Counted from the first letter of the stretch, positions 37,043 through 47,012 are shown. The stretch is 64,000 nt of DNA from Porphyrobacter sp. (GCA_016125555.1 WGLN01000012.1:11238-75237), one strand, 5' to 3'. Translations and numbers: made by a program. The notes: generated from the letters alone by a model not told the origin.

Positions 37043-40000
37043 ATGCCCGACGCCCCGCTCACCCCCGACAAGCGCACGCTCGACATCGATCCCGAGAGCA
37101 TTGCCGCGCCCGAACGCGCGCCCTTTGTCGAACTGGGCCTCGTCAGCTGCTTCAGCTTCCTGCGCGGAGCCTCGGACGCGGTGGATCTCGTGCTGGCCGC
37201 GCACGCCGCGGGCTATGACGCGATCGGGATCGCCGACGCCAATTCGATGGCAGGCGTGGTGCGCGTCCACACCGAGGCGAAGACGCTCAAGCTCAGGCCG
37301 GTGATCGGCTGCCGGATCGAGACGGTGGAGGGACTGGTCTTCCTCGCCTACCCCGAGGACCGCGCCGCCTATGGCCGCCTCACCCGCCTCATCAGCGCCG
37401 GACGAATGCGCACGCTCGAAGGCGAGTGGCAGGAGAAGGGCGTGTGCGAGATCGATTGCGTGATGCTCGCCGCCCATTCCGAGGGCGTGCAGCTGATCCT
37501 GCTCCCGCCCGACGATCTCGAGACCGCCTTCGCCCTCAGGGTGCCGAGCAATGTCGTCCCCTTTCCCCGTCCCGGCCCCCGAGCCGGGACCCCGCTGCCT
37601 TCCGACAGCGGCCCGCAAGAGAGCGGGGCCCCGGATCGGGTCCGGGGCGGGGAAAGCATGGAACTGAGCGCCCCTTTTTCCGAACTCATCCCCCACCTCG
37701 TCAACCAGTTGCCCACGCTCCGCCACCTTGCCGCCAGCTACCTCTACCGCGGCGACGACATCGCCCGGATCGCGCGTCTGGACAGCCTCGCGCGTGCCCA
37801 CGACCTGACGCTGCTCGCCACCAACGATGTCCACTACCACGCGCCCGAACGCCGCGCGCTTCAGGACGTGATGACCGCGATCCGGCACAAGACCACCGTC
37901 GCGGCGGCAGGGCACCTGCTCCACCCCAATGCCGAGCGGCACCTCAAGAGCCCGGGGGAAATGCAGCGCCTGTTTGCCCGCTGGCCCCACGCGATTGCCG
38001 CCGCGCGCGACGTGGCGGACCGCTGCCGCTTCAGCCTCGACGAACTGGCTTACGAATACCCGGAAGAAATCTACCCCGACGGCCATACCCCTCAGGCTTT
38101 TCTCGAAAGCGAAGTCTGGAAAGGGGCGGTGCGGCGCTATCCCGATGGCCTGCCTCATTCCGTCCGCCAGACGCTGGAGCGCGAGTTGGCGCTGATCACA
38201 AAGCTCGACCTTGCGCGCTACTTCCTCACCATCAAGGACATCGTCGATTTCGCGCGGGGGTGCGATCCGCCGATCCTGTGCCAGGGGCGCGGGTCGGCCG
38301 CCAATTCGGCGGTGTGCTACGTTCTCGGCATCACCGCGGTCGATCCGGCCAAGCACCAGCTGCTGTTCGACCGCTTCATCTCCGAGGAGCGCAAGGAACC
38401 GCCCGATATCGACGTCGATTTCGAGCACGAGCGGCGCGAGGAGGTGATCCAGTACATCTACAGGAAATACGGCCGCCACCGCGCCGGGCTGTGCGCGACC
38501 GTCATCCACTATCGCCCGCGCATGGCGATCCGCGAAGTGGGCAAGGCGATGGGCCTGTCCGAGGACGTCACCAGCGCCCTCGCGCGCACCGTATGGGGCG
38601 GGTGGGGACGCGAGATCACCGAGAAGCACGCCGCCGAAACCGGGATGGACGTGACCGACCCGCACTTGAGGCGCGTGCTCAAGCTGACCGAGCAGATGAT
38701 CGGCATGCCGCGCCATCTCGGTCAGCATGTCGGCGGCTTCATCCTGACCGAAGGGCCGCTGACCGAGACCGTGCCGATCGGCAACGGCGCCATGCCGGAA
38801 CGCAGCTTCATCGAGTGGGACAAGGACGACATCGAGGCATTGGGCATCCTCAAGGTCGACGTGCTGGCGCTGGGCATGCTGACCTGCATCAGGAAATGCC
38901 TCGATCTGCTGGCGGCGCATCACGACCGCCCGCTCACCCTCGCCACCGTCCCGCGCGAGGACCCGGAGACCTACGCGATGCTGCGCAAGGGCGATTCGCT
39001 CGGGGTGTTCCAGGTCGAGAGCCGGGCGCAGATGAACATGCTCCCGCGCCTGCGCCCGCGCGAGTTCTACGATCTCGTCATCCAGGTCGCGATCGTGCGG
39101 CCTGGGCCGATCCAGGGCGACATGGTGCACCCCTATCTCAAGCGCCGCCGGGGCGCGGAGCCCGTGCAGATTCCCGCACCCGCCCCCGAACACGGGCCGC
39201 CGGATGAATTGACCAGCATCCTCGGACGCACGCTGGGCGTGCCGATCTTCCAGGAACAGGCGATGAAGATCGCATTGGATGCGGCGAAGTTCTCCAGCCT
39301 CGAGGCCAACCGGTTGAGGAAGGCGATGGCGACCTTCCGCAGCCGCGGCATGGTCGACGAGCTTCAGGACATGATGGTCGAACGCATGGTCGCGCGCGGA
39401 TATGACCGCGACTTCGCGCAGCGCTGCTTCAACCAGATCCGGGGTTTCGGCGAATACGGCTTTCCCGAAAGCCACGCGGCGAGCTTCGCGCAGCTGGTTT
39501 ACGTGTCGAGCTGGCTCAAGTGCCATTACCCCGCCGCCTTCGCCTGCGCGCTGCTCAATTCGCAGCCGATGGGCTTCTACGCGCCCGCGCAGATCGTGCG
39601 CGATGCGGCCGAGCACGGGGTCAGGGTGCTGCCGGTCGACGTGAACCATTCGGACTGGGACTGCACGCTGGAAGGCGCAGCCCTGCGCCTCGGCCTGCGC
39701 CAGATCGACGGGCTTCCCGAACACATCGCCGCCGCGCTCGTCGCCAGCCGCGAAGAAGGCGGGGCCTATCGCGACATCGCCGGCCTGCGCGAGCGGGCGG
39801 GGCTTTCCCCTGCCCATATCGAGCGGCTCGCCAGCGCTGATGCCTTCACCTCGCTGGGGCTGTCACGCCGCCAGGCGCTGTGGGACGCGAGGAGCCTTGT
39901 CGCCGCACCGGACCTGCCGCTGTTCCGCGCCGCCGGTGTGCGCGAGGAGGGGGCCGAGCGCAGGGCCATCGCGCTCCCCGCCATGCCGCTGTCCGAGGAG

Positions 40001-40570
40001 GTGGTCGCCGATTACCAGACCACCCGTCTCAGCCTGAAGGCGCATCCGATGGCCTTCCTGCGCGCAGGGCTCGCTGCGCGCGGCTTCGTGCGCGCCTGCG
40101 ATCTGCGCGCGAGGAAGTTCCGCAGCATGGTGCAGGTCGCCGGCGTGGTGCTGATCCGCCAGCGCCCGGGCAGTGCCAAGGGGGTGTGCTTCATCACGCT
40201 CGAGGATGAGACCGGGGTCATCAACCTGGTGGTCTGGCCCGATCTCAAGGAAAAGCAGCGCAAGGTGGTGATGGGCGCGCGGCTGATGGAGGTGCGCGGG
40301 CGCGTCGAATATGACGACGAGGTGATCCACGTGATCGCCCATCACATGACCGACGCGACCGATGCGCTCCACGCCTTGTCGGACGATCTGCTGGCCGCCC
40401 CGCTGGCGCGCGCGGACCATGTCAATGCGCCGCTGTTGGGACGAAAGCCCCCGCAGGAGCGCGAGGCGCTGCGCGCGCGCGACATGATCGACGAACTCGC
40501 ACCCCGGCCCAATGTCACCGGCCATCCGCGCGATCACCGCATCCTGCCGAAATCACGCGATTTTCATTAG
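37043..40570 (+). CDS. dnaE2: Error-prone DNA polymerase III alpha-like subunit DnaE2
   Basis: 1175 aa. N-terminal PHP signature FVELGLVSCFSFLRGAS. The ATG is 1 nt after the upstream stop. Confidence 0.95.
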   Translation: MPDAPLTPDKRTLDIDPESIAAPERAPFVELGLVSCFSFLRGASDAVDLVLAAHAAGYDAIGIADANSMAGVVRVHTEAKTLKLRPVIGCRIETVEGLVFLAYPEDRAAYGRLTRLISAGRMRTLEGEWQEKGVCEIDCVMLAAHSEGVQLILLPPDDLETAFALRVPSNVVPFPRPGPRAGTPLPSDSGPQESGAPDRVRGGESMELSAPFSELIPHLVNQLPTLRHLAASYLYRGDDIARIARLDSLARAHDLTLLATNDVHYHAPERRALQDVMTAIRHKTTVAAAGHLLHPNAERHLKSPGEMQRLFARWPHAIAAARDVADRCRFSLDELAYEYPEEIYPDGHTPQAFLESEVWKGAVRRYPDGLPHSVRQTLERELALITKLDLARYFLTIKDIVDFARGCDPPILCQGRGSAANSAVCYVLGITAVDPAKHQLLFDRFISEERKEPPDIDVDFEHERREEVIQYIYRKYGRHRAGLCATVIHYRPRMAIREVGKAMGLSEDVTSALARTVWGGWGREITEKHAAETGMDVTDPHLRRVLKLTEQMIGMPRHLGQHVGGFILTEGPLTETVPIGNGAMPERSFIEWDKDDIEALGILKVDVLALGMLTCIRKCLDLLAAHHDRPLTLATVPREDPETYAMLRKGDSLGVFQVESRAQMNMLPRLRPREFYDLVIQVAIVRPGPIQGDMVHPYLKRRRGAEPVQIPAPAPEHGPPDELTSILGRTLGVPIFQEQAMKIALDAAKFSSLEANRLRKAMATFRSRGMVDELQDMMVERMVARGYDRDFAQRCFNQIRGFGEYGFPESHAASFAQLVYVSSWLKCHYPAAFACALLNSQPMGFYAPAQIVRDAAEHGVRVLPVDVNHSDWDCTLEGAALRLGLRQIDGLPEHIAAALVASREEGGAYRDIAGLRERAGLSPAHIERLASADAFTSLGLSRRQALWDARSLVAAPDLPLFRAAGVREEGAERRAIALPAMPLSEEVVADYQTTRLSLKAHPMAFLRAGLAARGFVRACDLRARKFRSMVQVAGVVLIRQRPGSAKGVCFITLEDETGVINLVVWPDLKEKQRKVVMGARLMEVRGRVEYDDEVIHVIAHHMTDATDALHALSDDLLAAPLARADHVNAPLLGRKPPQEREALRARDMIDELAPRPNVTGHPRDHRILPKSRDFH

Positions 40571-40585
40571 GTTGGGGCGCGTTCC

Positions 40586-41275
40586 TCAGCTCGCCTCGAG
40601 CGCATATCCGGCCGAGCGCACGGTGCGGATCGGGTCCTTCGCGCCCTCAATCCCGATCGCCTTGCGCAACCGGCGGATGTGGACGTCGACCGTGCGCAGC
40701 TCGATGTCCGAGCCGGTGCCCCACACCCCGTCGAGCAACTGCCCGCGGCTGAACACCCGGCCCGGGCTCTCCATGAAGAACTTCAGGAGCCGGTATTCGG
40801 TCGGACCCAGTTGCAGCGCACGGCCGCGGCGCTGGACCTTGTGCGCGACCGGATCGAGGCGGATGTCGCCGACCTCGATGGTCTCGCCGGCGAGCGCCGG
40901 ACGAATGCGGCGCATCACCGCCGCAACGCGGGCAAGCAGCTCGCGCGGAGAAAAGGGCTTGGTCAGATAGTCGTCCGCGCCCGTTTCCAGCCCGCGCACC
41001 CGGTCGTCCTCCGCCTCGCGCGCGGTAAGCATGATGATCGGGACGTGGGCGGTGTCCTTGTCGCGGCGCAGACGGCGGCACACCTCGATCCCGCTGGTGC
41101 CCTCGATCATCCAGTCAAGGATGATGAGATCGGGAACATCTTCGCTCGCCAGCACCAGCGCCTCGTCACCGTCGCCGGTGCAGCGGACGTTGTAGCCCTC
41201 GTTCTGGAAACGGTATTCGAGCAGTTCGGACAGGGCCGGGTCGTCTTCGACCAGCAGAAGTTTGGCAGCGGACAT
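40586..41275 (-). CDS. phoB: Phosphate regulon response regulator PhoB
   Basis: 229 aa. Receiver plus winged-helix OmpR/PhoB domains. Adjacent to phoU-pstBAC. Confidence 0.93.
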   Translation of the reverse strand: MSAAKLLLVEDDPALSELLEYRFQNEGYNVRCTGDGDEALVLASEDVPDLIILDWMIEGTSGIEVCRRLRRDKDTAHVPIIMLTAREAEDDRVRGLETGADDYLTKPFSPRELLARVAAVMRRIRPALAGETIEVGDIRLDPVAHKVQRRGRALQLGPTEYRLLKFFMESPGRVFSRGQLLDGVWGTGSDIELRTVDVHIRRLRKAIGIEGAKDPIRTVRSAGYALEAS

Positions 41276-41321
41276 GCGGATGATGCCTCCTCGTGCCCCT
41301 CAGGGGCGGTGCCCGAAGCTA

Positions 41322-41350
41322 TGTTTCATTTCGGCTACAGTTTGATGAAA
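41322..41350 (-). promoter_or_regulatory. Pho-box-like 7-4-7-4-7 array upstream of phoB (also an inverted repeat GTTTCAT/ATGAAAC)
   Basis: The minus strand reads GTTTCAT caaa CTGTAGC cgaa ATGAAAC. It forms an AT-rich island 47 nt upstream of the phoB ATG. Confidence 0.35.
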
Positions 41351-41388
41351 CCGGCTCCGGCCATTTTTCCACAATCGCCGTGCTGCGC

Positions 41389-42057
41389 CTACCGGTCGCC
41401 CTCGGGCGGGTAGGCGCCGGTCGCGGCGAAGTGGACCATCTCGGCGACGTTGGTCGCGTGGTCGCCGATGCGCTCGATATTGCGGGCGACGAAGAGCAGC
41501 TGCGCGGCGCTCGAAATGGTCGAAGGATTCTCGACCATGTGGCTGACAAGATTGCGGAAGATACTGTTGTAGAAGGCATCGACCTTGACATCGGTGGCGA
41601 TCACCTCGCGGGCGAGGTCGGGGTCGCGCGCGGCATAGGCGGTGAGCACGTCGTGCACCATCTCGCCCGCCAGTTCGCCCATCGCGGGAAGCAGGGTGAG
41701 CGGCTCGAACCGGGCGCGGCCCTCGATCATGCCGACCCGCTTGGCGATGTTCTTCGAATAGTCGCCGATCCGCTCGACCACGCCGCCGATCTTGAGCGCG
41801 GCGATCACTTCGCGCAGATCGTCGGCCATCGGTGCGCGCAGGGCGATGATCCGCACCGCGAGCTTGTCGACCTCGGTCTCGAGCGCGTCGATGCGCTTGT
41901 CGCGGGCCACCACCTTCTCGGCCAGCTCCTGATCGCCGCGCACGAGCGCATCGAGCGATTCCTGGATCGCGACCTCGGCGAGCCCGCCCATCTCGGCGAT
42001 CAGCCCGCGCAGGCGGGTGATGTCCTCGTCGAACGCCTTGACCGTATGTTCGGCCAT
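41389..42057 (-). CDS. phoU: Phosphate signalling complex protein PhoU
   Basis: Trimmed to the ATG at 42057 ([13 protein letters not shown]...), which overlaps the pstB stop. Two ERIGDxxxN(I/V)A repeats. Confidence 0.92.
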   Translation of the reverse strand: MAEHTVKAFDEDITRLRGLIAEMGGLAEVAIQESLDALVRGDQELAEKVVARDKRIDALETEVDKLAVRIIALRAPMADDLREVIAALKIGGVVERIGDYSKNIAKRVGMIEGRARFEPLTLLPAMGELAGEMVHDVLTAYAARDPDLAREVIATDVKVDAFYNSIFRNLVSHMVENPSTISSAAQLLFVARNIERIGDHATNVAEMVHFAATGAYPPEGDR

Positions 42058-42824
42058 CAGCCGTACCTTCCTGTGATGTAGTCCTTCGTCCGCTCCTCGA
42101 TGGGATTGGTGAAGATTTCGGATGTGGGGCCGTATTCCACCATTTTGCCGAGGTGGAAAAAGGCGGTGCGCTGGCTGACGCGAGCGGCCTGCTGCATCGA
42201 GTGGGTGACGATGACGATGGCGTAGCGGCCCGAGAGCTCGTCGATCAACTCCTCGATCTTGGCGGTGGCGATGGGATCGAGCGCGGAGGCAGGCTCGTCC
42301 ATCAGGATCACCTCGGGATCGACCGCGATGGCGCGCGCGATGCACAGCCGCTGCTGCTGGCCGCCCGACAGCGCCGTGCCCGAATCCTCGAGCCGGTCCT
42401 TGACCTCGTCCCACAGTCCGGCGCGGGTCAACGAGCGTTCGACGATCACGTCGAGATCGGCCTTCTTCTCGGCGAGGCCGTGAATCTTGGGGCCGTAGGC
42501 GATGTTCTCGTAGATCGACTTGGGGAAGGGATTGGGCTTCTGGAACACCATGCCCACGCGCGCGCGCAGCTGGACCACGTCCATCCGCTCGCCATGGATG
42601 TCCTCGCCCTCGAGCTCGATGAGGCCCGTCACCCGGGCGGCGGCGATGGTGTCGTTCATGCGGTTGAAGCACCTGAGGAAGGTCGACTTCCCGCAGCCCG
42701 AGGGACCGATGAAGGCGGTGACGTAGTCGGGCGAGATGTCGATCGACACGTCGTCGATCGCCTTCTTGTCGCCGTAGTAGACCGAGACGTCGCGCGCGCG
42801 GATCTTCGCGTTCTCGTCCGTCAT
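42057..42824 (-). CDS. pstB: Phosphate ABC transporter ATP-binding protein PstB
   Basis: Trimmed to the ATG at 42824 ([18 protein letters not shown]). Walker [10 protein letters not shown] and signature LSGGQQQR. Confidence 0.95.
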   Translation of the reverse strand: MTDENAKIRARDVSVYYGDKKAIDDVSIDISPDYVTAFIGPSGCGKSTFLRCFNRMNDTIAAARVTGLIELEGEDIHGERMDVVQLRARVGMVFQKPNPFPKSIYENIAYGPKIHGLAEKKADLDVIVERSLTRAGLWDEVKDRLEDSGTALSGGQQQRLCIARAIAVDPEVILMDEPASALDPIATAKIEELIDELSGRYAIVIVTHSMQQAARVSQRTAFFHLGKMVEYGPTSEIFTNPIEERTKDYITGRYG

Positions 42825-42841
42825 CTTGGGATGGATATAGG

Positions 42842-44149
42842 TCACCAGCGTTTCTCGAACTTGTTGCGAAGGTAGATGGCGAGGCCGTTCATGGCGAGCA
42901 GGAACGCGAGCAGCACGATGATAGCCGCGCTGGTGCGCTCGACAAAGCCGCGATCGATTTCGTCCGACCACAGGAAGATCTGCATCGGCAGCACGGTGGC
43001 GGGCGAAGTGAAACCTTCGGGCGGGGTGGCGACGAAGGCGCGCATTCCGATCAGCAGCAGCGGCGCGGTTTCGCCCAGCGCGCGCGCCATGCCGATGATC
43101 GTTCCGGTCAGCATCCCCGGCAGCGCAAGCGGCAGCACGTGATGGAACACCACCTGCATCGGCGATGCGCCCACCGCCAGCGCGCCGTCGCGGATCGAGG
43201 GCGGCACCGCCTTGATCGCGTTGCGCCCCGAGATCACGATCACCGGCATGGTCATCAGCGCCAGCGTCATGCCCCCGATCAGCGGGGCGGAGCGCAGGTT
43301 CGGGAAGGCCGAGAGGAAAATCGCGAGGCCCAGCAGGCCGAAGATGATCGAAGGGACTGCCGCAAGATTGTTGATCGACACCTCGATGAGGTCGGTCCAG
43401 CGGTTCCGGGGAGCATATTCCTCGAGATAGAGCGCCGAGAGGACCCCGATGGGAAAGGCCAGCGCCAAGGTCACAAGCATGGTCAGGATCGAGCCCTTGA
43501 GCGCGCCCCAGATGCCCACCGCCTGCGGGCTGGTCGCATCCGAGCGGGCGAGGAAGCCCCAGTCCCAGTTCTTCGCCAGCGCGCCCTTCGCGGCGAGCCG
43601 TGCGGCGAGCGCCTGCATTTCGGGCGAACCTTCGCCCTCCAGCCCGGCGGCGAGATCCGACGAGGCGGGCAGGTGGAAGGTCTCACTGCGCCCGATCAGG
43701 CCCGGATCGTCCGCCAGCGCCTTGGCGACATCGCGCCAGGCGTCGGACGAAAGCTGCGCCGCGGCATCGGCGCCGAGCTGCTTTTCGGCGAAGAAGGAGA
43801 CGACTTGCGGCAGACCCTGCATCTCGAGCGTCTGCACCGCGCTCGGCGCAGTCAGCGAGACGGCATCGCCGCTGATGCCGCTCGCCGGGAAGTCGATGGT
43901 CACGGCCAGCTCGGCACGCTGGAAGCCGCCGATGCCGTTCAAGAGCATCGTGCCGAGCAGGAACACCAGCACCGCCACCGAGAAGGCCACCGCGCCGAGG
44001 CCCATCAGCCGGAAATTGCGCTCGGCCCGGTATCGCTTGGCGAGCCGCTTCTCGAAGGCGGGCGTGCGGGTCGGGCCCATGGCTTCGGGGCGGCCTGAGG
44101 CGATCGCGCCGGCGATGGAGCCCGAGGGGGGAAGGGCGGAACTACTCAT
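42842..44149 (-). CDS. pstA: Phosphate ABC transporter permease PstA
   Basis: 435 aa and multi-TM. The ATG overlaps the pstC stop (ATGA). Confidence 0.9.
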   Translation of the reverse strand: MSSSALPPSGSIAGAIASGRPEAMGPTRTPAFEKRLAKRYRAERNFRLMGLGAVAFSVAVLVFLLGTMLLNGIGGFQRAELAVTIDFPASGISGDAVSLTAPSAVQTLEMQGLPQVVSFFAEKQLGADAAAQLSSDAWRDVAKALADDPGLIGRSETFHLPASSDLAAGLEGEGSPEMQALAARLAAKGALAKNWDWGFLARSDATSPQAVGIWGALKGSILTMLVTLALAFPIGVLSALYLEEYAPRNRWTDLIEVSINNLAAVPSIIFGLLGLAIFLSAFPNLRSAPLIGGMTLALMTMPVIVISGRNAIKAVPPSIRDGALAVGASPMQVVFHHVLPLALPGMLTGTIIGMARALGETAPLLLIGMRAFVATPPEGFTSPATVLPMQIFLWSDEIDRGFVERTSAAIIVLLAFLLAMNGLAIYLRNKFEKRW

Positions 44150-45531
44150 TCATAGGCCTCCCGGAAGCGCTTCACCACGCGCAGCGCGACGAAATTGAGC
44201 GCCAGCGTCACCATGAAGAGCACAAAGCCGAGCGCGAAGGCGCTCAGCGTCGCCGGGTGGTCGGTGCTCTGCTCCCCGGTCAGCAGCTTGACGATCTGCA
44301 CGGTGACGGTCGACATCGGCTTGAGCGGATTGGCAGTGAGGTTTGCGGCGGGCGATGCGGCCATCACCACGATCATCGTCTCGCCGATGGCGCGGCTCAC
44401 CGCCAGCATGATCCCCGCGACGATGCCGGGCAGGGCTGCCGGGAAGAGCACCCGGCGGATGGTTTCGGACTTGGTCGCCCCCATCGCCAGGCTGCCGTCG
44501 CGCATCGCATTGGGCACTGCGGCCATCGAATCGTCCGCCATCGAGGAGACGAAGGGAATGATCATCACCCCCATCACCACGCCCGCGGCGAGCGCGCTTT
44601 CGGTGGAGGCGCCCGAGATGCCGAGCGCCACCGCCGCGTCGCGGATCGCCGGCGCGACGGTCAGCGCGGCGAAATAGCCGTAGACCACGGTGGGCACCCC
44701 GGCGAGGATCTCGAGCAGCGGCTTGACCCACTGGCGCACCCGCGGATTGGCATATTGGGTGAGATAGACCGCGCTCATCAGCCCGAGCGGAATGGCGACG
44801 AGCATCGCGATGATCGCGCCGATGAAGATCGTTCCCCAGAACAGCGGCACCGCGCCGTAGCGCGTCGGGTCGATCGCGTCGGGGCTGACCATCGTGTCCG
44901 GACCCCATTTGGTCCCGAACAGGAAATCGATCGGCGAGACCACACCGAAGAAGCGCACCGTCTCGAACACGAGGCTTCCGAAGATGCCGAAGGTCGTGAG
45001 GATCGCCACGAGCGAGGCGAGCAGCAGGATGATCATCACCGTGCGCTCCACCCGGGTGCGGGCGCGGAAATCGGGGCGCAGGCGCAGGAAGGCGAAGGCA
45101 CCGCCGGCGAGCGCGATCAGCACGGTCACGGTGATGCCGATGAGGTTGTAGCGCGAGATCGCCTCGCGGAACGGCTCGACCAGCGGCTCGGCGGCATCGT
45201 TGAACACGCCGGGGGCACTGCCCTGCGCCACCGCACGCGCCTCGCCGAGGAAGGCATCGCGCTCGAAGCCGAAGGCGGGCAGGTCGGCGGCGGCGGGCGA
45301 GGCGAGCACGCTCTGGGTGACAAGGCCGGGCGCGATCGCCGACCACAGCGCGACGAAGGCGAGCACCGGCAACGCGGCCCACAGCGCGACGTACCACGCA
45401 TGGTAGACCGGGCGCGAGGCCGGGCGCAGGGCGGGATCGCTGCTCTGGAAGCTCCACGCCTTCGCGCGGCCCGCCAGCCACCCGGCAAGGCCGAGCCCGA
45501 TGGCAATCAGGATGAGCGTGATCGGCGACAT
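44146..45531 (-). CDS. pstC: Phosphate ABC transporter permease PstC
   Basis: 461 aa and multi-TM. First gene of pstCAB. Confidence 0.9.
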   Translation of the reverse strand: MSPITLILIAIGLGLAGWLAGRAKAWSFQSSDPALRPASRPVYHAWYVALWAALPVLAFVALWSAIAPGLVTQSVLASPAAADLPAFGFERDAFLGEARAVAQGSAPGVFNDAAEPLVEPFREAISRYNLIGITVTVLIALAGGAFAFLRLRPDFRARTRVERTVMIILLLASLVAILTTFGIFGSLVFETVRFFGVVSPIDFLFGTKWGPDTMVSPDAIDPTRYGAVPLFWGTIFIGAIIAMLVAIPLGLMSAVYLTQYANPRVRQWVKPLLEILAGVPTVVYGYFAALTVAPAIRDAAVALGISGASTESALAAGVVMGVMIIPFVSSMADDSMAAVPNAMRDGSLAMGATKSETIRRVLFPAALPGIVAGIMLAVSRAIGETMIVVMAASPAANLTANPLKPMSTVTVQIVKLLTGEQSTDHPATLSAFALGFVLFMVTLALNFVALRVVKRFREAYE

Positions 45532-45623
45532 CGAATGAACCCGTTTACCCCGCAGGCGGCGCGCAAGAATCGCTTGTCCGGACCCGCCCCGCTGCCCCGG
45601 CCATCACGCCATGGCGGGCGCAT

Positions 45624-45652
45624 GTTGAAGAAATAAGACACAGCTATGACAG
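45624..45652 (-). promoter_or_regulatory. Pho box array upstream of pstC
   Basis: The minus strand reads CTGTCAT agct GTGTCTT attt CTTCAAC. The first heptamer matches the E. coli consensus CTGTCAT exactly. It overlaps the phoR stop codon. Confidence 0.5.
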
Positions 45653-46897
45653 TTCTTGGGTTTCGCTCTCGAGCCGTCCCGCGTCCGTGTCGGGCTCACC
45701 CGCTTCATCGCCCGGATTTTCCGGCGCGGCGAGCGGAATGCGAACCACGACGCGGGTTCCCTTGCCCACTTCGCTCGCGATGTCGAGCCGTCCGCGGTGG
45801 CGCTCCACGATGTGCTTGACGATCGCGAGGCCGAGTCCCGTTCCCCCCGAGGCGCGACTGCGGCCCGGATCGGTGCGGTAGAAGCGGCGGGTGAGGTGCG
45901 GGATCTGCTCGGGCGCGATGCCTTCGCCCTCGTCCTGCACCGCGATCCGCGCCTGCTCGCCCGTGGTCAGGTCGAGCGTCACCGTCACCGCGCGATCGTG
46001 CGCGCCGTACTTGAGCGCGTTGTCGACGAGATTGCGCACCACCTGTTCGAGCTGCTGCTGGTCGCCGATCACCTGCGGCGCGGCCGCAAGGTCGAGCACC
46101 AGTCGCTCGATCCGGTTCGAACCCGCAGCGTCGCACGCCGCGCGCTCGACCAGCGGGGCGAGTTCGATGCGCTCGGTGGGCAGTTCGTGCTTTTCCGCCT
46201 CGACGCGACTGAGGCTCATGAGGTCGCTGACCAGCGCATGGAGGCGCTGCGCCTCGCGCTCGATGATGCCGAGGAACTTCTGCGCGGTGGGCGTGTCGAC
46301 CCGGCCCTCGTCCTCGCGCAGCGTTTCGACATAGCCGAGGATCGCGGCGAGCGGCGTGCGCAGTTCGTGGCTCGCGTTGGCGACGAAATCGGTGTGCGCG
46401 CGGCTGATGTCGGCCTCGGCGGTCTGGTTGGTGAGCTCCAGCATCGCGAACCGCTCGTCGATCGCCTGGCGGTTGATCTGCCAGATGTCCTGCCGCCGCA
46501 CGAGCCCGCGCACGATCGCCTCGCCGTTGCGATTGTCGTTGAGCAGCGAAATCGCCTCGGGCTGGCGCAGCGCGACGCGCGCGTCCTGTCCGACGACGTG
46601 CTGGCCGAGCATGGTGCGCGCCGCACGGTTGGCGAGCGCGATGGTGTTGCGTTCGGTGATCATCAGCGGGGTCGAGAAATTCTCGATCAGCTCGCGGATC
46701 GATTCGAGGTCGAGCCTGCGCGTCACGGTCGCCTTCGGCGGTTCGGGCGGCCGGCCGGCGGCGACCAGCAGCGACCCGATCCACACCATCAGCACCGACA
46801 GCGCGATCACCGCGTCGACCCCGAGCAGCATTATCGCCACGAAGGTCACCGCGGCGAGCAGGATGCCCGCGACCGGAAAGTTCTGGCCCATGCCCAT
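45644..46897 (-). CDS. phoR: Phosphate regulon sensor histidine kinase PhoR
   Basis: Trimmed to MGMGQNF (ATG at 46897). TM helices, H-box ASHELRTPL, and a C-terminal ATPase-like region containing GTGLGLAIV. Confidence 0.85.
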   Translation of the reverse strand: MGMGQNFPVAGILLAAVTFVAIMLLGVDAVIALSVLMVWIGSLLVAAGRPPEPPKATVTRRLDLESIRELIENFSTPLMITERNTIALANRAARTMLGQHVVGQDARVALRQPEAISLLNDNRNGEAIVRGLVRRQDIWQINRQAIDERFAMLELTNQTAEADISRAHTDFVANASHELRTPLAAILGYVETLREDEGRVDTPTAQKFLGIIEREAQRLHALVSDLMSLSRVEAEKHELPTERIELAPLVERAACDAAGSNRIERLVLDLAAAPQVIGDQQQLEQVVRNLVDNALKYGAHDRAVTVTLDLTTGEQARIAVQDEGEGIAPEQIPHLTRRFYRTDPGRSRASGGTGLGLAIVKHIVERHRGRLDIASEVGKGTRVVVRIPLAAPENPGDEAGEPDTDAGRLESETQELS

Positions 46898-46958
46898 GGC
46901 GCTTCGCCTTACAGCCAAGCGGCAGGTGTGCAAAGCGCAAGCCGCGTCCGCCCGGGCA

Positions 46959-46995
46959 CAGCAAAAGGGCGGCCAAGCCGAAGCCTGCCGCCCTT
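46959..46995 (-). terminator. Rho-independent terminator after tRNA-Glu
   Basis: On the minus strand: AAGGGCGGC (13-nt loop) GCCGCCCTT followed by TTGCTG. Confidence 0.6.
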
Positions 46996-47012
46996 GTTCG
47001 CACCCGAAGAAG

